A stretch of 64,000 nt of DNA, from contig CM119269.1 in the NCBI GenBank assembly GCA_051294375.1, positions 14,519,918 to 14,583,917 on the forward strand, in the 5' to 3' direction. Below the pieces are notes generated by a model that did no database searches, was not told where the DNA came from, and saw only the letters and a list, made by a program, of their open reading frames with translations. This document shows, in pieces, positions 13,996-27,419 of this stretch. Source of the stretch: Paraspadella gotoi (lineage: Eukaryota > Animalia > Chaetognatha). Both the position numbers and the translations under genes were made by a program. The first letter of the stretch is position 1, and each line of letters opens with the position of its first letter.

Positions 13996-16705
13996 GAGAG
14001 ACGGGGGCGTGGGGAGGAGAGGAGGAAGGGCATGGGTAAGGCCGGCCAAATAGATCCATTTTTTATCATTAAGAGTTCTGCAATATCCATCATGTACTTC
14101 ATCAATATTTACTATCACTTTTTAACTAGTGAAGCACAGTATAACATTGAAGCATTTAAATATTTATCAATCCATAGGCAATGGAAAATATTTTTTAGTA
14201 TTAATTTTATTTTTTTAAGAACGGATTCAGATATCCCATAAAAGTTGTTTACACAAAGATAATGCGTTTTTTAATATTTCGATATAAGTGGGTCAAATAA
14301 TGGAAAAACTCTTTAAAATCATTATCATCATCATCGTACGCATAATTTTATAGTTTTTGCTAATTTTAACCAATAAAATTTGGAAATCTTGTTGTTAATA
14401 TTTTTTATTCATTTTTTCCAGCTTTACCCGAATCCGTTTTTAAAATTCTGAATTAGAAAAAAAAATTTCATGATTTATAGTAATATGATAAACTTTAAAT
14501 GCTTCTATGTTATTAACTATATATAAAATCTGAAATTTTTTTGTAAAATTTCGTTATCCCACAGGGATGCTCTAACGTTATTTATATTACAAAACTCATA
14601 GTTTTTACTTTGTTCCGCCTTAGTATGGGGTGTCGAGTGTCGACTGTCGAGTCGGGAACGTCATCTTGGCGTCAATGGCGCTCGCTAATTTTCATCCTAT
14701 GGCATTTTCAGCGACGCTGGTTTTTTTACGATGGCGATAATGTCAGAAGTGGAGGTGACAAGAGCCTTTTTTTTAAAGATTAGCTGTGACACAAAACGAA
14801 CTCGAAGACTTCTAACTTTCGCAAAAGATTTATTTATGAAATTAACTATGCAAATAATATTAAACCATTATTGTTCTTCGTTTCTCTACGTGAGACATTG
14901 CGAGTTGAAGGGTCGCCTGTGCGTATAAAAAAGTGTGAAGGAAAAATAGTTCGTTTGTTATTTGCTATTTTGATTATTCACTTGGGTAGTTTAAGAGTTA
15001 CGTAGATATTCGGCCTCGCGCCCGACGATACTAACGGGAATCTCAACCGAAACCGTCTCGGAGAGGGAGACAGTTTTTTGGTTGGCAGTTTCGAAACTGA
15101 GGTTTTGATTTATTTCACGACTCTGGTTGCTTGGCAGTGCTTGTCGTAGCTTGGTTAGCTAGGGAACTGATCACAGGTGGGATCAAGTAAAAATGGGGTT
15201 CGGAGTTGAACATATCTCTGACAGACGAGGAACGGGAAGTGAGAGATAAGCGATAGGCTGTGACAGATAAGATATGGGAGGTGAGAGATAAGTGATAGAC
15301 TGTGACAGATAAGATATGGGGAGGTGAGAGATAAGCGACTGGAGGTAAGAGATGAGGTCCGGGAGCAAAGAGAGAGAGAATGCAATTAGAGGTTCCGCTC
15401 ATGGTCGTTGTCATGTTTCCCCCTTTTTTTTTTTCCTTCGCCCGGTTTCGCGGCCCAAAAACCCGAAATTACTTATTTACAAGGGTTTTCCCTCGGGGGC
15501 GTTGCTTTCGGACGAGGGAAAAACACGTGGCGCCGCCATTTGGAGAACAACTTTATGCAGGGACCCTTTTTTTTAAAAGAGCGTCGTCGTTTTTGAGATG
15601 CGGCGTATACATTTTTTTCCGAATAACTGTATTATAGAGAAAAGAATTATATACGTAAACAATAAATACGCTTGATGAAAACAACCAATAATTGAATATA
15701 AATATTCGAGTTTCTGTGATAAGTAAGTGACACGCTTCATTCTTCAATCCAGTATACATTAATACTTAATAAATAAAGTACGTTTAAAACAGAGGCCTTA
15801 TTCCGGCTTAAAAAAAATGATCAAAATTTGAGATTACATGTGAACCAAAAGCGAAGTTCTTTGTTTATAGTTTTCATCTCAAACGCGGAGTAAATTGAAG
15901 TAATATCACGTGGCAGTTCGTTGTCGAAGAAAGTTTAAATAACAAAAGTTTAAATAGAACAATTAACAAATCCATGAGGCGCATCTTCCTTCGCAGTCTA
16001 CAGGGTATAAAGCCAACACATATGATATTTTTTCAGCCTCATAACCAACTCTGCTCGTCCTCGGGCCGCATCCTCTAATAGCCAATTCCCGCTAGGTTTT
16101 TCTCCTCTTTTGTTCAAAATGCCCCCACAGCTTTTCTCATTCGCGTATAATTCGCGACATAAATCATAATCAGTCGGCGCCATTTTTTCCGTCATACCTC
16201 TCGCGCCGTCTACCGTCGACAGTAGTAGCCTCGTCGAAGCCTCATGACTTCCAAGTGTGCGGACCGAATGGTCCGGGGTTCGAGTCCTGGTTCCAAACAG
16301 TGACCTACTTTTTTGTTTGTGAATCGAGGTGACTGGCTAGAATTGCCTGGAGGCGACAGATAGACATTTGTTATCAGTCGTCGATGTTGCAATCTTCATC
16401 AGTCAATCTCACTTTCAATGATTAATGTTTAAATCTATCCAATTCCTTATAAAATATACTTAGAGGGCGGTAGTTTCACCTGTCGCCCATGATGAGCTCC
16501 GCGCAAGAGATCGTCCGCTTTCTCCCTCGAGCGCCCCCTAGGGACCCCGCGATAAACTCGTCGCTCATCGCCCGTTCTTTCCCTTCATCCCTAGAGGCCG
16601 GAAGATAAGGGCGCGTTCCCCTCGCGGGAGACAAGAAACAATGAAACAATATGCGTCGTGAAAACCTAAGCCACCGGCGGCCATTAGTCGGCAGGCCACA
16701 TACCC

Positions 16706-16762
<57 letters not shown>

Positions 16763-17883
16763 ATAAACCTGCCTCCTTTGGTTACATACACTTTCAAAAT
16801 AAGTTGATCTATTTCTTCTTTAAATCCTCTTACTCCCTTATGTCATCAATATAAATTTTACTTTCCTCCATGTTGGTTTTTCCAAACTTATTAGCTCGAT
16901 TTCCTGTCTTTCTTTTTCAGAGCACGAAGCGGACTTGCCGCTGGCCGGCCGCGGTCCCTGTCGCTGCTTCATGGGCGAAATTCTCTGCGCCAAAAGTGAT
17001 GCCGAGAGAGGAACGCCGCCATCGCTACCAGGTCAGTTTAAAAAAAAGAAGGAATAAACCATTATTACAATAGTGGCAGTTCCTGAGCTTCTGATAAGGC
17101 TGAAGCACCATGATACCAGTCGGGTTTGACCAGCCCGTCCAACCCAATAAAAACAAAAAACGAACAAAATTAATTAAACCTTCAGGTTTGCGACTGTTTT
17201 GTCGGCTTAAGCAGCACGGAACGAAACCTGCTGACGGAAAACTCCTCGTGGATTTCGGGGGACCGAAACGTCCTTCAGGACTCCAAACTCTTTTAGTTAC
17301 TCAAAGCATGGTAGTCCTTTGAGCCATTACCGTCCTTTACTGATATTAATATGATCCTTACTTTGCAGTGGCTTAACAGTTGAACAGTTAAAGCAACATA
17401 TAAAAATTTGTTATTGTTGGCAGGTTGGAACAACGGATGTCTCCGTGTGAATTGGTGCTACTAAACCAATCCTCTATTAATTAAACTACGTATTCGAAAT
17501 TCGCCCTACCCTTCATCCTCACCGATCGGGTGATGGCGAGATACCTGCATCAAAACTATTCATAGAACCGCCAAAAATTAACCATAACCTCATCGTCGAG
17601 TGAAAAAGACTGCATCTTTCCTACCCAAATGTTAAGTAACATTGATAACATCCAAGTCTACCCTCATAACCAGCGACACGATTCTGTCCATTTTGAAAGT
17701 GGCTCTCGTCGAGTACGAAGCCGGCCACGCCCAGAATCACGTGACCTTTTCGAACACGCAACGCAAAATGCGGCGACCGTCGAGTTTCCGACGCAAACCG
17801 CTCGTCTCATCATGAGAAAATCGAAACATTTCGGAATAATACCTATCTTTGCGTTGTTTTGTACTCGATATGCATTGTTTTGA
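3129..17883 (+). CDS. Gfrl: GDNF family receptor alpha-like (invertebrate Gfrl type), multi-exon, 5' end not resolved; the last four exons lie in duplicate copy 1 and are frameshifted there
   Basis: Phase-compatible GT-AG exons: 3129(or 3142)-3252, 3480-3573, 4089-4198, 4441-4561, 4991-5238, 5421-5678, 6286-6369, 6761-6810, then 10660-10781, 16921-17031, 17186-17310, 17424-17883. They splice to two GDNF/GAS1 Cys domains (CLLAFIECRLDPQC..C..CNATICREAVMSFY..ALAFCRC..C..PPC and PACEDLDQDCREDPNCMSRLEDFTQFC..CL..ECQRALVALVG..CTC..C..FAANKC), a poly-Ser stalk, and the C-terminal Cys module. Confidence 0.85.
6390..6740. repeat. (ATTT)n/(ATTG)n/(ATT)n compound microsatellite in a Gfrl intron
   Basis: Directly visible. 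Confidence 0.9.
8560..8748. repeat. Degenerate 15-bp minisatellite (gccttccgcttycct)
   Basis: gccttccgctttcct/gccttccgcttccct/gccttccgcttctct/gccttccactttcct in tandem. The minus strand reads (R/K)EAEG repeats. Confidence 0.7.
9661..10005. repeat. Opposed (CT)n and (GA)n microsatellites flanking a ~140-bp GC-rich core (duplicate at 24552-24895)
   Basis: (CT)n at 9661-9747 and (GA)n at 9911-10005. Other (CT/GA)n tracts start near 2813, 7921, 13922, 16706, 43278, 45892, 56857, 61341 and 63228. Confidence 0.9.
13425..13520 (-). mobile_element. HINE/DINE-1-like element end (duplicate at about 28010-28103)
   Basis: Minus strand reads tttttcttaggtacgcgagagcacttcgcggagcaactctgtaagtcactttccgtcgtctgtctg, the same layout as the element at 52795. 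Confidence 0.45.
14141..14513. mobile_element. AT-rich fold-back/MITE-like element (duplicate at 28720-29091)
   Basis: The left arm ataacattgaagcatttaaatatttatca..aagaacggattcagata matches the reverse complement of the right arm tacccgaatccgttttt..tgataaactttaaatgcttctatgttat. Confidence 0.6.
15239..15340. repeat. 42-bp minisatellite, about 2.4 units (duplicate at about 29819-29920)
   Basis: gtgagagataag[ct]gatag[ga]ctgtgacagataagatatgggag repeated; made of two related ~21-bp halves. Confidence 0.8.
16222..16345 (+). mobile_element. tRNA-derived SINE-like head (duplicate at about 30805-30930)
   Basis: A-box-like tagcctcgtcg and B-box ggttcgagtcc, internal hairpin cggacc-gaat-ggtccg, then a T-run. 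No complete cloverleaf. Confidence 0.4.
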
Positions 17884-19096
17884 TATTGTACCTTCCCCGG
17901 AGTTGATACAAATAAAAGTTTCCCTGTTACTATTTATTTTCTCTTTATCATCAATGAGGCCTTGATTATAATAGTTTTAAGCATTGGTCTACCGTAACTA
18001 TACTTAACTATATAATAGTCAAAGTAGACTTCGATATTGAGACTTCTATATTATTGACAATAATATATTGACAATAATATACAATAATATTGTAGTCCTT
18101 GTTCGTGTTAGGCAGATTGCTATTTTGTTTAGTGTACGCTGCTTCGTACTGAGCACGAATCGCTAGATGTCGATATGATTATGAACCAGATTAGAATATG
18201 TAAATGAGATACAGAGAATAGAAGAGGATTCGAACTGAAACAAAAAGGCCAATCCTAGAGTTTTCCCTGCAGTTACAAGATATACAACGTTTTTGGCTAC
18301 TCATTGCCATGCATATGAATCTTTTAGTGCCACCATACTGATGCCAAGATAGTCGCTGATCACGTGACTTTCTCACAGTTACACACCAATTTCCCTTGTG
18401 CAGACCTTAAAATAAAGTGAAATTGTGGAAATAGTTATAATCATCGTCGTTATTTCATTCCGTTCTTCTGTGTTTTTTCTTGGCGAAAAACTGTGAATCA
18501 CCAAAAAATATTTTCGTTTCACATTATTATTATATATAATATATTATTATTATTATTATTATTTTATATTATTATTATATTATTATTATTATGTTTGATT
18601 CTGATTCTGTGCTTAGTTTATATTCAAATAGTTCTAAATTTAAATTATAAGATTTAAAACTTGCGAGTCTCGCGATCCCTTTTCTTTGAATGAGACCATT
18701 TCCTGAGAAACAAAGAAACGTTTCAACTTTTACATATGTTATATTTACAACCGAGATATTCTGGTATTTATATTGCTGTGCTTTATGAATCGTTAATGAA
18801 AAAAAAAAGGTTCTTAGTCTGAAAAATAAAGTTCATGTAAGTAGTAGTTAAGCCTGAAAGTCTGTGTTATTCTGTTTTTGTTTTTAAGGGGGACTCGCAG
18901 TCTTGCTTACCGCAATTTTTGCCTGGAATTAAAATTTTTTAGAATCTCAAAGTCGAATTTTTTTTCGTTTTAAAATAATAGATTTCCAAGTTCACCATAA
19001 ATTTCACGTAAGTACCTCGGCATCTTATCATCTTGAATTGTGCATTCCAGCGGACAAAAAGGTCTTTATTGTGGAAAATGGTTGTTTTTCCGTTAG

Positions 19097-22000
19097 TTAT
19101 CAACCTTCATCATGATGCTTTGGTGAGAATTGGCGAGGTCAGCCGATGGCATCACGAGCGCGGCGGTGGGCGGCGTGGAGGGGAGCGTTGTTGGCGCGAA
19201 TCACTCGCAGAGCGGCGATGCGAGAGAGAGCGACGCCTCGTCGGATGCTTTCACGACAGACAAGAACGAAAGGAGGAACAAACCAGCTAAACCGTCAGTT
19301 ATACATTGTTTTGAATATATTTATCAAAATGGTCCGACAGACAGATAGACACACCCTATCCAATGTATCCAAGCCTGCCCTTCTCATATTCGTCCTATTT
19401 TATCTTGATTACAATTCAGGGCGAATCCTCCGCATGCCGTTCGTTTCCTAAAAAGATCTTCCGCTCGGAATTCCCCGACTCCGGACGCGACGCGCAGGGA
19501 GTTTCCACGGCCACGAGTTGCGGCGCGAAGGAGGCGGGCCGACGGGATTAGGAATGTCGGTCTCGTCTTCGCGGCCCCGCCCACGACCGACGCGTCGCAC
19601 TTGTATCCTGGATATTCGGCATCCGAGTTCGACGGCGCCCTCGGCCCCGCGACTGTTCCCCGCTCTTCCACTCTGCGATTTCGGCCGCGTCGGGCGATCT
19701 CAGCTTCAACGGGTTCAACGAACCCTCGCCCATTTCTTCCTGCTTTCGCCACCGTCGACTCAATGTCTCGCAGCACAGGGCATCCGATTCTTTCCTCGCG
19801 AACGCTGCGAGACTCGCAGGCCTCCGTCACCCGGCCAACGCCGTCGACAATGACGCCATCTCTCGACAACGGACGCGTGAGAAGTGGCAGGCAGCAGCAG
19901 CGTCACAACGCCAAGCTGCAAGCCGCAGCAACAGGGATCGGGCGATTACGAGTCGACCAAGCGGGAGACCAAAAGAAAAAAAATACAGTGTCATAACAAC
20001 AGTGATGCGGTGAACAACAACAGCAACTGCAACGGGATGCAGGTTGGTATATTGTTACGAGTCAAATTTAGTTTTACAGTCATTTACCAAAATATTTGTA
20101 TATTTCCAGGTCCAGTCAACTCTGTCTGCGCCTTTTGGGCTTGCGCTTATTCCCCGATGGTGTCGACCCCGCCTTCGCCCGTAATGCTGATGCCCAACAC
20201 GTGAGAGCGTCAATCGCATTGGCGGAGTCAGCGTGAGTCTTCCGCTTACTACATTTGGAGTCAGAAGCACTCGCAAAGCTTCCGCGTCTTCTCTCCACCG
20301 TTCAGGCAAAGGCTATTCCAGCGGCGCGTTCGATCCCGCGGCTGCGGCGGCGCCTCCGTCGGCTCCATTGTTCGCGACTCGAGGATCTGTCGCGCCTTTC
20401 TTACCTTCCGGGTTTTCGCTCAACCTCCTCTCAAATTCCACGTCGCCCGTCGGAAGAAGCGAACCTTCTCATCGACTCGGCTTTGTCTAGTTCGAAATTA
20501 TATTTTGTTTCTTTGATTTATAAATATAAATTTTATAATTAGTTATTTTAACGTCATCATAAGCACCGGAGTATAATGAGTATAAGATTTTGTTTTCAAT
20601 ATGAGAATACTAATTATTTTTATATAATATATATTTTATAATAATTGTTATTTTTTTCTTCGATGTTGCGCGTTAGGGGCTGTTCTCCGAGGGATCTAGC
20701 TCCAGTCACCGTGCAACGTCATGGACATCGCGCCGCAAACAGTAAATTTTGTGAAAATTGATAGCTGGCGACAGACCTACTATGACAGTCTATTTTATGA
20801 GACTCTTTTCATATCCCACGTCCCGTTTCAGGCGCGTCGACGGCGTTGCCACGGGCGCAGCAGGCGAAACGAGGAGACGGCCGCCAAGTCCGAACATAGC
20901 GGCGCCTCAAAGGCTGAAACTAAAAGGACTAACAAAAACGAGGATCTCCTCCAAGATTAAAACTTCAGCTTTAGTTTGAAACTCGTTTTCTAGTAGACTT
21001 CTTTTCAGCGTTGAGGAGAAAGTTTCATTTTTGCACCGTAGTTTCATGAGTAACGATTGATACAATGTAATTTAAAAAATTAATTACTATTGCTAACGTG
21101 CCATTAACAATAAATCTTTTTTCAATCAATTACCGATATAAAAAGTTTCGTAATCGAGATGCAAACGTTGAATTTCAATCTTTTATCCCGATAGACTCGA
21201 ATCGATGCTCGCCACGACAGGATTCGGCGACTTCGACGCGGGTCTCCAACGACTTGGACCCGGAGGAAGAATTCGACCCCGACGTGTCAAGACCGTCGCC
21301 AGCGAGTCATCTCGTTCAATTCTTCCTCTCGATGACCCGTTTCTTTTCTCGTCGGTTTTATCCATAGTATAACTACGAGTTTCCCTTTCAGGAGATGCGC
21401 GTCTTTCGAGCGGCTACGGGTCCACCTCCTCAAAGGAGCGTGTCGAGAAGCCAACACCTCGGAGCGCTGGCCGTCGCCGGAGCGAAACCTAAAGTTTCCT
21501 CTAGGGATGGCGAAGCGGCTAAAAGTACGTCGGGATTGAATGAAATTAAAAATTTAAAATTTATTTAGTCGATCCAACATAAAAACATAAACAATTTTTG
21601 TATAACATCTCTAAATCTGTGAAAATATTAAGGTGAGTGGACACTTATCAGACAAATTAGATGTATTTCAAGCCCAATATTATGTTAGCACGAATTGTTG
21701 TCTTACCTCTCACCAACACCTAATTGACCGGGCTAACGATATCCCCCTGAATTTTTTCTCTCTTCATAAGCGAAAATATTCATTTCAAGACAAGCCTGTT
21801 TGGTCTGCTGCAGCCTTTTACAGCTAATTTTCACATTTTTTATCTTTTTTCCAAATTCATTTTAGTTTCACCAAATCCCGCACCCTCTGCAGTCCACCAT
21901 CACGAGAGAGGCGCAAGTCGTCTTCAGTCGCCAGAGAGAAGAGACCAAAGTCCAGTGGTCCCACTGGTCACGTCGAGATTTCTCTGGAACCAGGTCCGTC

Positions 22001-23666
22001 TCTCTCGCGCCAGTGAATAAATAATTTTTTGTTTCTTTTTTTTTTTATTTAGGTATATTTGCAGCTTTCTTTTCGCAGTGTTTTATTTTGGTTTTAAGAG
22101 CGATTAATTTTAATTTAAACTAAAATCGCTGTTAAAACCAATCGGAATTGTTTTTGATAAATTTTAAATATTAACTATTTTCTTAGCCGTGCAAGCCTGC
22201 GGGCCGCCGCTCCGCTACAACGCGGTCGTTCGACGGAAAGCCACTCCACGACTCCCGCAGCGCCGCGTGCTGCGGTGCTCGAATTCATGGAGTCGACTGC
22301 GACTCATCGGCGACCATCGCTCCGCCGAGGCGCTCCACCGAAAGCAGCTCCTCGACGGCGAAAATCAAACAGAAAAGTCGTCATCTCCGAACCCAGTTAA
22401 AGGGGCCCACCCCGGCGCCGATCGGAATCGGGAGGGCTGCACCCATTGCCACCGTGGAGAAGCTCGACGATTCCTTCACCATCAGTAAGTTACAAAGTTA
22501 TTTATGAATTATAAATTGAGTTCATAACTACTTTCCGTCTCCTTCTTACCATAAACAGACCGGAAATGTGGCCGCCAGCGCCGCCGCGCCAAAAGCCGAT
22601 ACCCGTGGAAGTGGCGAAATTGACGACCTCATCGTCGTTGAGAAGGAAAGACGACGGCGAAGGGGGACAGCGTGAGGAGGGCGTTGCCGCGTCGTGCAGC
22701 GAGGAGGACAACTTTGGCGACGACGAGGAGGATCAAGGTCTTAATTCTAAAGTGTAGTTTAGGTCTAAAAATTAAAGTCTAAAGTTAAATTAGAAAAGAC
22801 CAATTTCTAAATCAAATTTAATAATTAATTTTGTTGAATGTTGATGATCAATTAATTTCCGTGTACTTCTTTGGAACAATGTTTTTACTTTTTAAATCTT
22901 GACCCGAAAAAAAGTATTAATTTTTAAAACCTTTTTCTTACAGTCATGATTAAATCTTGTGTTACTGTATTGTAACGAAATTCATATTTACCAAGCAAAA
23001 ATAATAATAAATAAATTAAATGAACAATTATTATTGAAGTGGCCTTCATCCCTTTTACAAAAATAATAACTTAGCAGTATCCATGCATGCTTTCAATCAA
23101 AGTCAATTTAATTTATTTGTTTTATGCTTTTTCAGGACGATTGCATTTCCGGACGAGGAGGAACGATGCTGTATGATGAGGATTGATGACGAAGATCCAG
23201 TTGTCGATGACGAGCAAGAAATTTTTGGAACGACACAACGATGAAGATTCTCTGTGACAACGACGCCGACGACGCCGTAGACGATGCAGGATGCATGACG
23301 GTGAGTGTTTGGATAATGTGTAATTTCGAAACTGATTTTTGGATGTGATTGGCAATTGAACCAGATTTTATGATTTTAGATTAGTATCTGCTCACATTTT
23401 CAATCTCGTTTATTTTCCGCGGAGTTTTCTTTTTCCCTTCCTTAACTCGGTACACCTTTCCTTACAGACGACGGATCGACCGACGAAGCGTGACGCTCGG
23501 CACCGAGTGGGCGTGCCTCGTCTCTCGGCGGCGGCGCTTCCATCTCTTCTCTCCAATCACCACCGCTTGCATCGGGTCCTCGACCAAATCAATGCGTCAA
23601 GTCCAAGGATTCCGGCCAAAGAAAAGCGCCCGCGAAAAGTCCGGGGTCGCTGCGTTTCTCGGCCGG
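19097..23666 (+). pseudogene. TTLL4: Truncated duplicate of the TTLL4-like 5' exons (copy 1; probably artefactual)
   Basis: Same exon series as 33678-38187 but more heavily frameshifted (acidic exon 23136-23300 is scrambled by indels). The duplication boundary at 24267 removes the PALTKSLFPK and VPPTITF exons. Confidence 0.7.
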
Positions 23667-24268
23667 TATGTTGAACGTTGCTGTAATGAAGTAGCATTAT
23701 ACGGAGCTCGATTGTATACACTAAAAATTTGTCGACATTACCTATTTTAGTACAAGCCGGCGGTCTCAATTCTCCAAAAACAAATCTTCATCTCTTTCGA
23801 AGTTATTTTTGTGATCAATTTTCATCGGTCTCTATTTCACAACTCGTGCGGGGTCTGCCTCCGTCTTTGGAACGTTATGGTATGACAAAGCAAAGAGGTA
23901 CGTTGAAATTGTTAATAAAGTGGCATTTTCATTTTGAGTATCAGGATTATGGACAAGATTAGAAAGGTTAAGGAGGCATATACGTATCTATCTATGTAGT
24001 GGGGCTATTATTGTAATTATGTTTACCACCTATAAGTCGTGACCCGGCGGCTCATTGACCATAACGGGTACCTGGGATCGATCCCCAAAGGTTACTTGCG
24101 GGAAGCTTGTAAAACTGCCTTGGGGGCCTGGAAAACTTTGTCAAGCCCAGGACCCGTTCCATGGCTACTAGAGAGGACGGTTTAAAGGAAGTTGCGGATA
24201 GCATTCTTCAGCCCACTTAGCTCCATTGTCCAACATATATTCATTTTTGCTGGGGAGAAAATGGTAAC

Positions 24269-24553
24269 AGGCGGCGGCGGCGGAGGCGGGAGAAATATCG
24301 GAATTTTCATCGGCATCGATCTTCGTTTCCCCGCAATTCGGTCTCTTCTCTTCTCGCCCCCTCAACACCCCAATCGCCTTCCAGCGCCCCAAACCACTCC
24401 CCCCCACTTAGACCGAGCCTCTGGCCCCATTGTTTCAACCCCATTCCATAGAGGCTTTCTTATTTTCCTCTTACTCTCACATAGAATTCTGTGTATATTC
24501 TCGCTCCAAGTAACCCTCACTTCTTTTAACCCCTACCACTATATAGTATATAC

Positions 24554-24644
<91 letters not shown>

Positions 24645-24808
24645 ACTCTTCTTCTCCTTCCATCGTCATCGTATAACGCGAATTACATCCGGTCCCGATA
24701 TTCGATTTTCAATTTCATCCGGGGACGAAAAAGACGTCGAGTCGTTCATTAGGAATTCCTGGCGCGGGGCGAAACGCGGCGCCGTGCAGGGAAAGAAGAG
24801 GAGAGATG

Positions 24809-24894
<86 letters not shown>

Positions 24895-27361
24895 TGAAGA
24901 GCGCGACGAAGTTTAAACGTGGCAGCTGGCGAACAATTTCCGTACCCAAAACATTCGCCGGATTCCAATTTTGATAAAAAAAAAAGGAGGGAGGAAGAAG
25001 TCCCGACGCAGCCTTTCGGCGTCGTATTTCGACGAAGCTTATTGGCGCCGCTTTTGGGCGCTGCTCTTTGCCGCCTTTCAGCGCCGCATTCCGAAGCCAA
25101 TTTTTGACGCCCTCTTTGATTTTTTTTTTTGGGGTGAAGTGGTCTTGAGTAACGTCGAAGAATCAGTCACAATAGAAATGAGACAAGATTAGCGAAAACA
25201 ATAAATTTAGCTGAACTTTTTTTATATCTGGAAAAGAGAGAAATTCATTACGAGCGATTGAAAGAAATTCTATTTGACAGAATCAAGGGCAACAGAGACC
25301 TCTCATTTAGTTTTATTCAAATTTGGGGAGACAATATGGTCTTTTCATCGTTAAAATAAGAAAAAAAAGTTAAACACTCGTCGGGAATGTTAATTTAATT
25401 TTTAATTTTAAAATTAAGTGGAAAAAGCAACTCAAATATTTTGACTGTATTTTTCTATAATTTTCTAATGAATTTATTGATTGAACCAACATTACAAGCC
25501 AGTTGATGAAGTTTCAACAAACTTTACTTTTCCATCCACCAATCTCAGGTCTACACTGAAGACAAGGGTTGCTCGCTGGAATGCTCGTGCAGGGCCGCGT
25601 CCAGTTGGAGTTGCCAGTCGATGCCTTGCCTCACTCAAGGACAATGCCAACTCCAACATGCCATTTACGGTGAGACTCTATTATCAGTCATACCAAAGTA
25701 TATAATACTTCTTACTATAAATAAATATTAAAAAAAAACTATACTTATAATCCTTCAACCTCAAAAGCATAGTTCGACTGAGATTTATTTTGAATTCTGT
25801 CCGACTTCCTCTTTCATTTACCCCCTTTTGAAACGGATTTCATTGACTGCTGTTCACCAGATGGTTGAACCCCATGCATCGTCGTCGTCGTCATCGTCGA
25901 CTTTCCTCGTCATTTTTAATTCCGCGCCATTTTTCCTTCTTCCGGTTTTCGGCGCCGATTTTCGTCCCACGGGTCCACCCGCTGCGCTCCTCCTATTTCC
26001 CCTCCTCCTCATCCTCCTCCTTCTCCTCCTTTCCATCCTTTTTTCTCCTTTTACTCCCTTCCTTTTCCCTTTCCCTTATTTTCTCGGTTTCCTCCCTCTA
26101 TTTTGTCGTACCTTAACAAAGCTGCTCCTTAGAATTTCTCTAAATAATTCTTCTTTTTTTCTTTCTCAATTTTCCTTCTTTTATCTTTTTCATAAGTCCA
26201 TCTTTTCTCTCTTTGATTTTATATTTTCTTCTTTTTCCAATTTCTTTTTTTCCTTTTCCCCCTTCGCGTCTTACTCTTTAAATTCTTCTTTCTACCTTTC
26301 CAGCCTTCATCCTACTTCCTCCTTTTTCCTCCCTTCTTTCATCTTTCCTCCCACCTTCCTCCTTTCCCCCTCCTTTCTTCTTCTTCCGTCTTCTTCATTA
26401 TTTTCTCAGTCTTCATCCGGATCTTGTTCCACTTTTGATTATCTCTTTCTCTCCTTCGACCTGATGGTGCACATTCTGTACTTTCACCTTCTTTCTATCC
26501 CTCGTTGCTCCGACATTTCATTTTCTTTCTTTGCCTCTCTTTCTCTCCCTTTTTTTATCTTTCTTTCTTTCCTTCTTCCTTTATTTCTTTCTTTCTTTCT
26601 TTCTTTCTTTCTTTATTTTTATTTTTTTTCTTTCTACGATCGTCACTTTTGTTTGTTTGTTTGTCTGTTTGTTGGTTGTTTTTTTCTTTCTTCTCTTTTT
26701 CTTTTTTTTCGCCATTCTCTCTGGTTTTTTCCTATAACTTTTAATTGGCTTTGTTTGTTTGTTTATTTCTTTTTTATTGCCTCTATAGACCCCCTATTCT
26801 TCGCTCCATTATTCCCTCATAACTTTTACTTTGACATCGTTTCGTTCCTCCAGTGAGAAATCACTCTTCATTTCTCACACATTTAACTAAGTTAAAGTCT
26901 ACCAACTGTCCAAAATCCTGCTGATTTGACCTCGAAAGCTATCCAACCCTACTATATTTGTTCTTCTTGATTTTTATCTCCCTCCCGCATTCCTTGCAAA
27001 CTCTTCTCCTTCCTCTGCTCCCTCCAAATCTTTGCGTCTTGCTTCTTGGCAGCTTTACTACCACGTATTTTTTTTAATTCATTAAAATCATTTTTCGTTT
27101 ATCATTTATCATTTCATTTCGTTCTTATCTCACTTCTCATCGCACTTCCCTTTACTGTCTAGTCCGTTGACTTTCTTTTCTTCTCTCCTTTCCTTTCCTT
27201 NNNNNNNNNNGCCGGGACATCGGCAGCGGCGTCGGCGACGGCGGCGTCGGCGTCGGCAAAAGCGGTCATGGGAAGAAAATCATCGGATATGTTCGCGTTT
27301 TCAGCGACGACAACAACGACAACGACAACAACAACTTTTGCGACTGTCGATCCGACTTATC

Positions 27362-27419
<58 letters not shown>

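Larger units (their letters stand above)
9365..24267 (+). repeat. About 14.9-kb tandem segmental duplicate, copy 1
   Basis: Collinear, near-identical match to 24269-38757, from aggcggcggcggcggaggcg..gagaatatcggaat through ..gggagaaaatggtaa. Confidence 0.95.

Noticed and set aside
16365-16405. Minus-strand CUGAUGA with a short stem, a possible third hammerhead
   Set aside because: It is followed by GACG rather than GAAA and has no stem I/III; other CTGATGA hits (3121, 60195, 61076, 63934) also lack the second core box.
17737-17780. TCACGTGAC E-box and AAAATGGCGGC YY1-like motif suggesting a promoter
   Set aside because: They fall inside the last Gfrl coding exon (NHVTFFEHATQNGGD in copy 2).
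25828-26856. Long Phe/Leu/Ser-rich ORFs (also 2228-2993, 11-12.9 kb) and ER/LS-repeat ORFs such as 54147-54893 and 60886-61581
   Set aside because: By-products of pyrimidine-rich or (GA)n low-complexity DNA lacking stop codons; where duplicated, frames are not preserved between copies.
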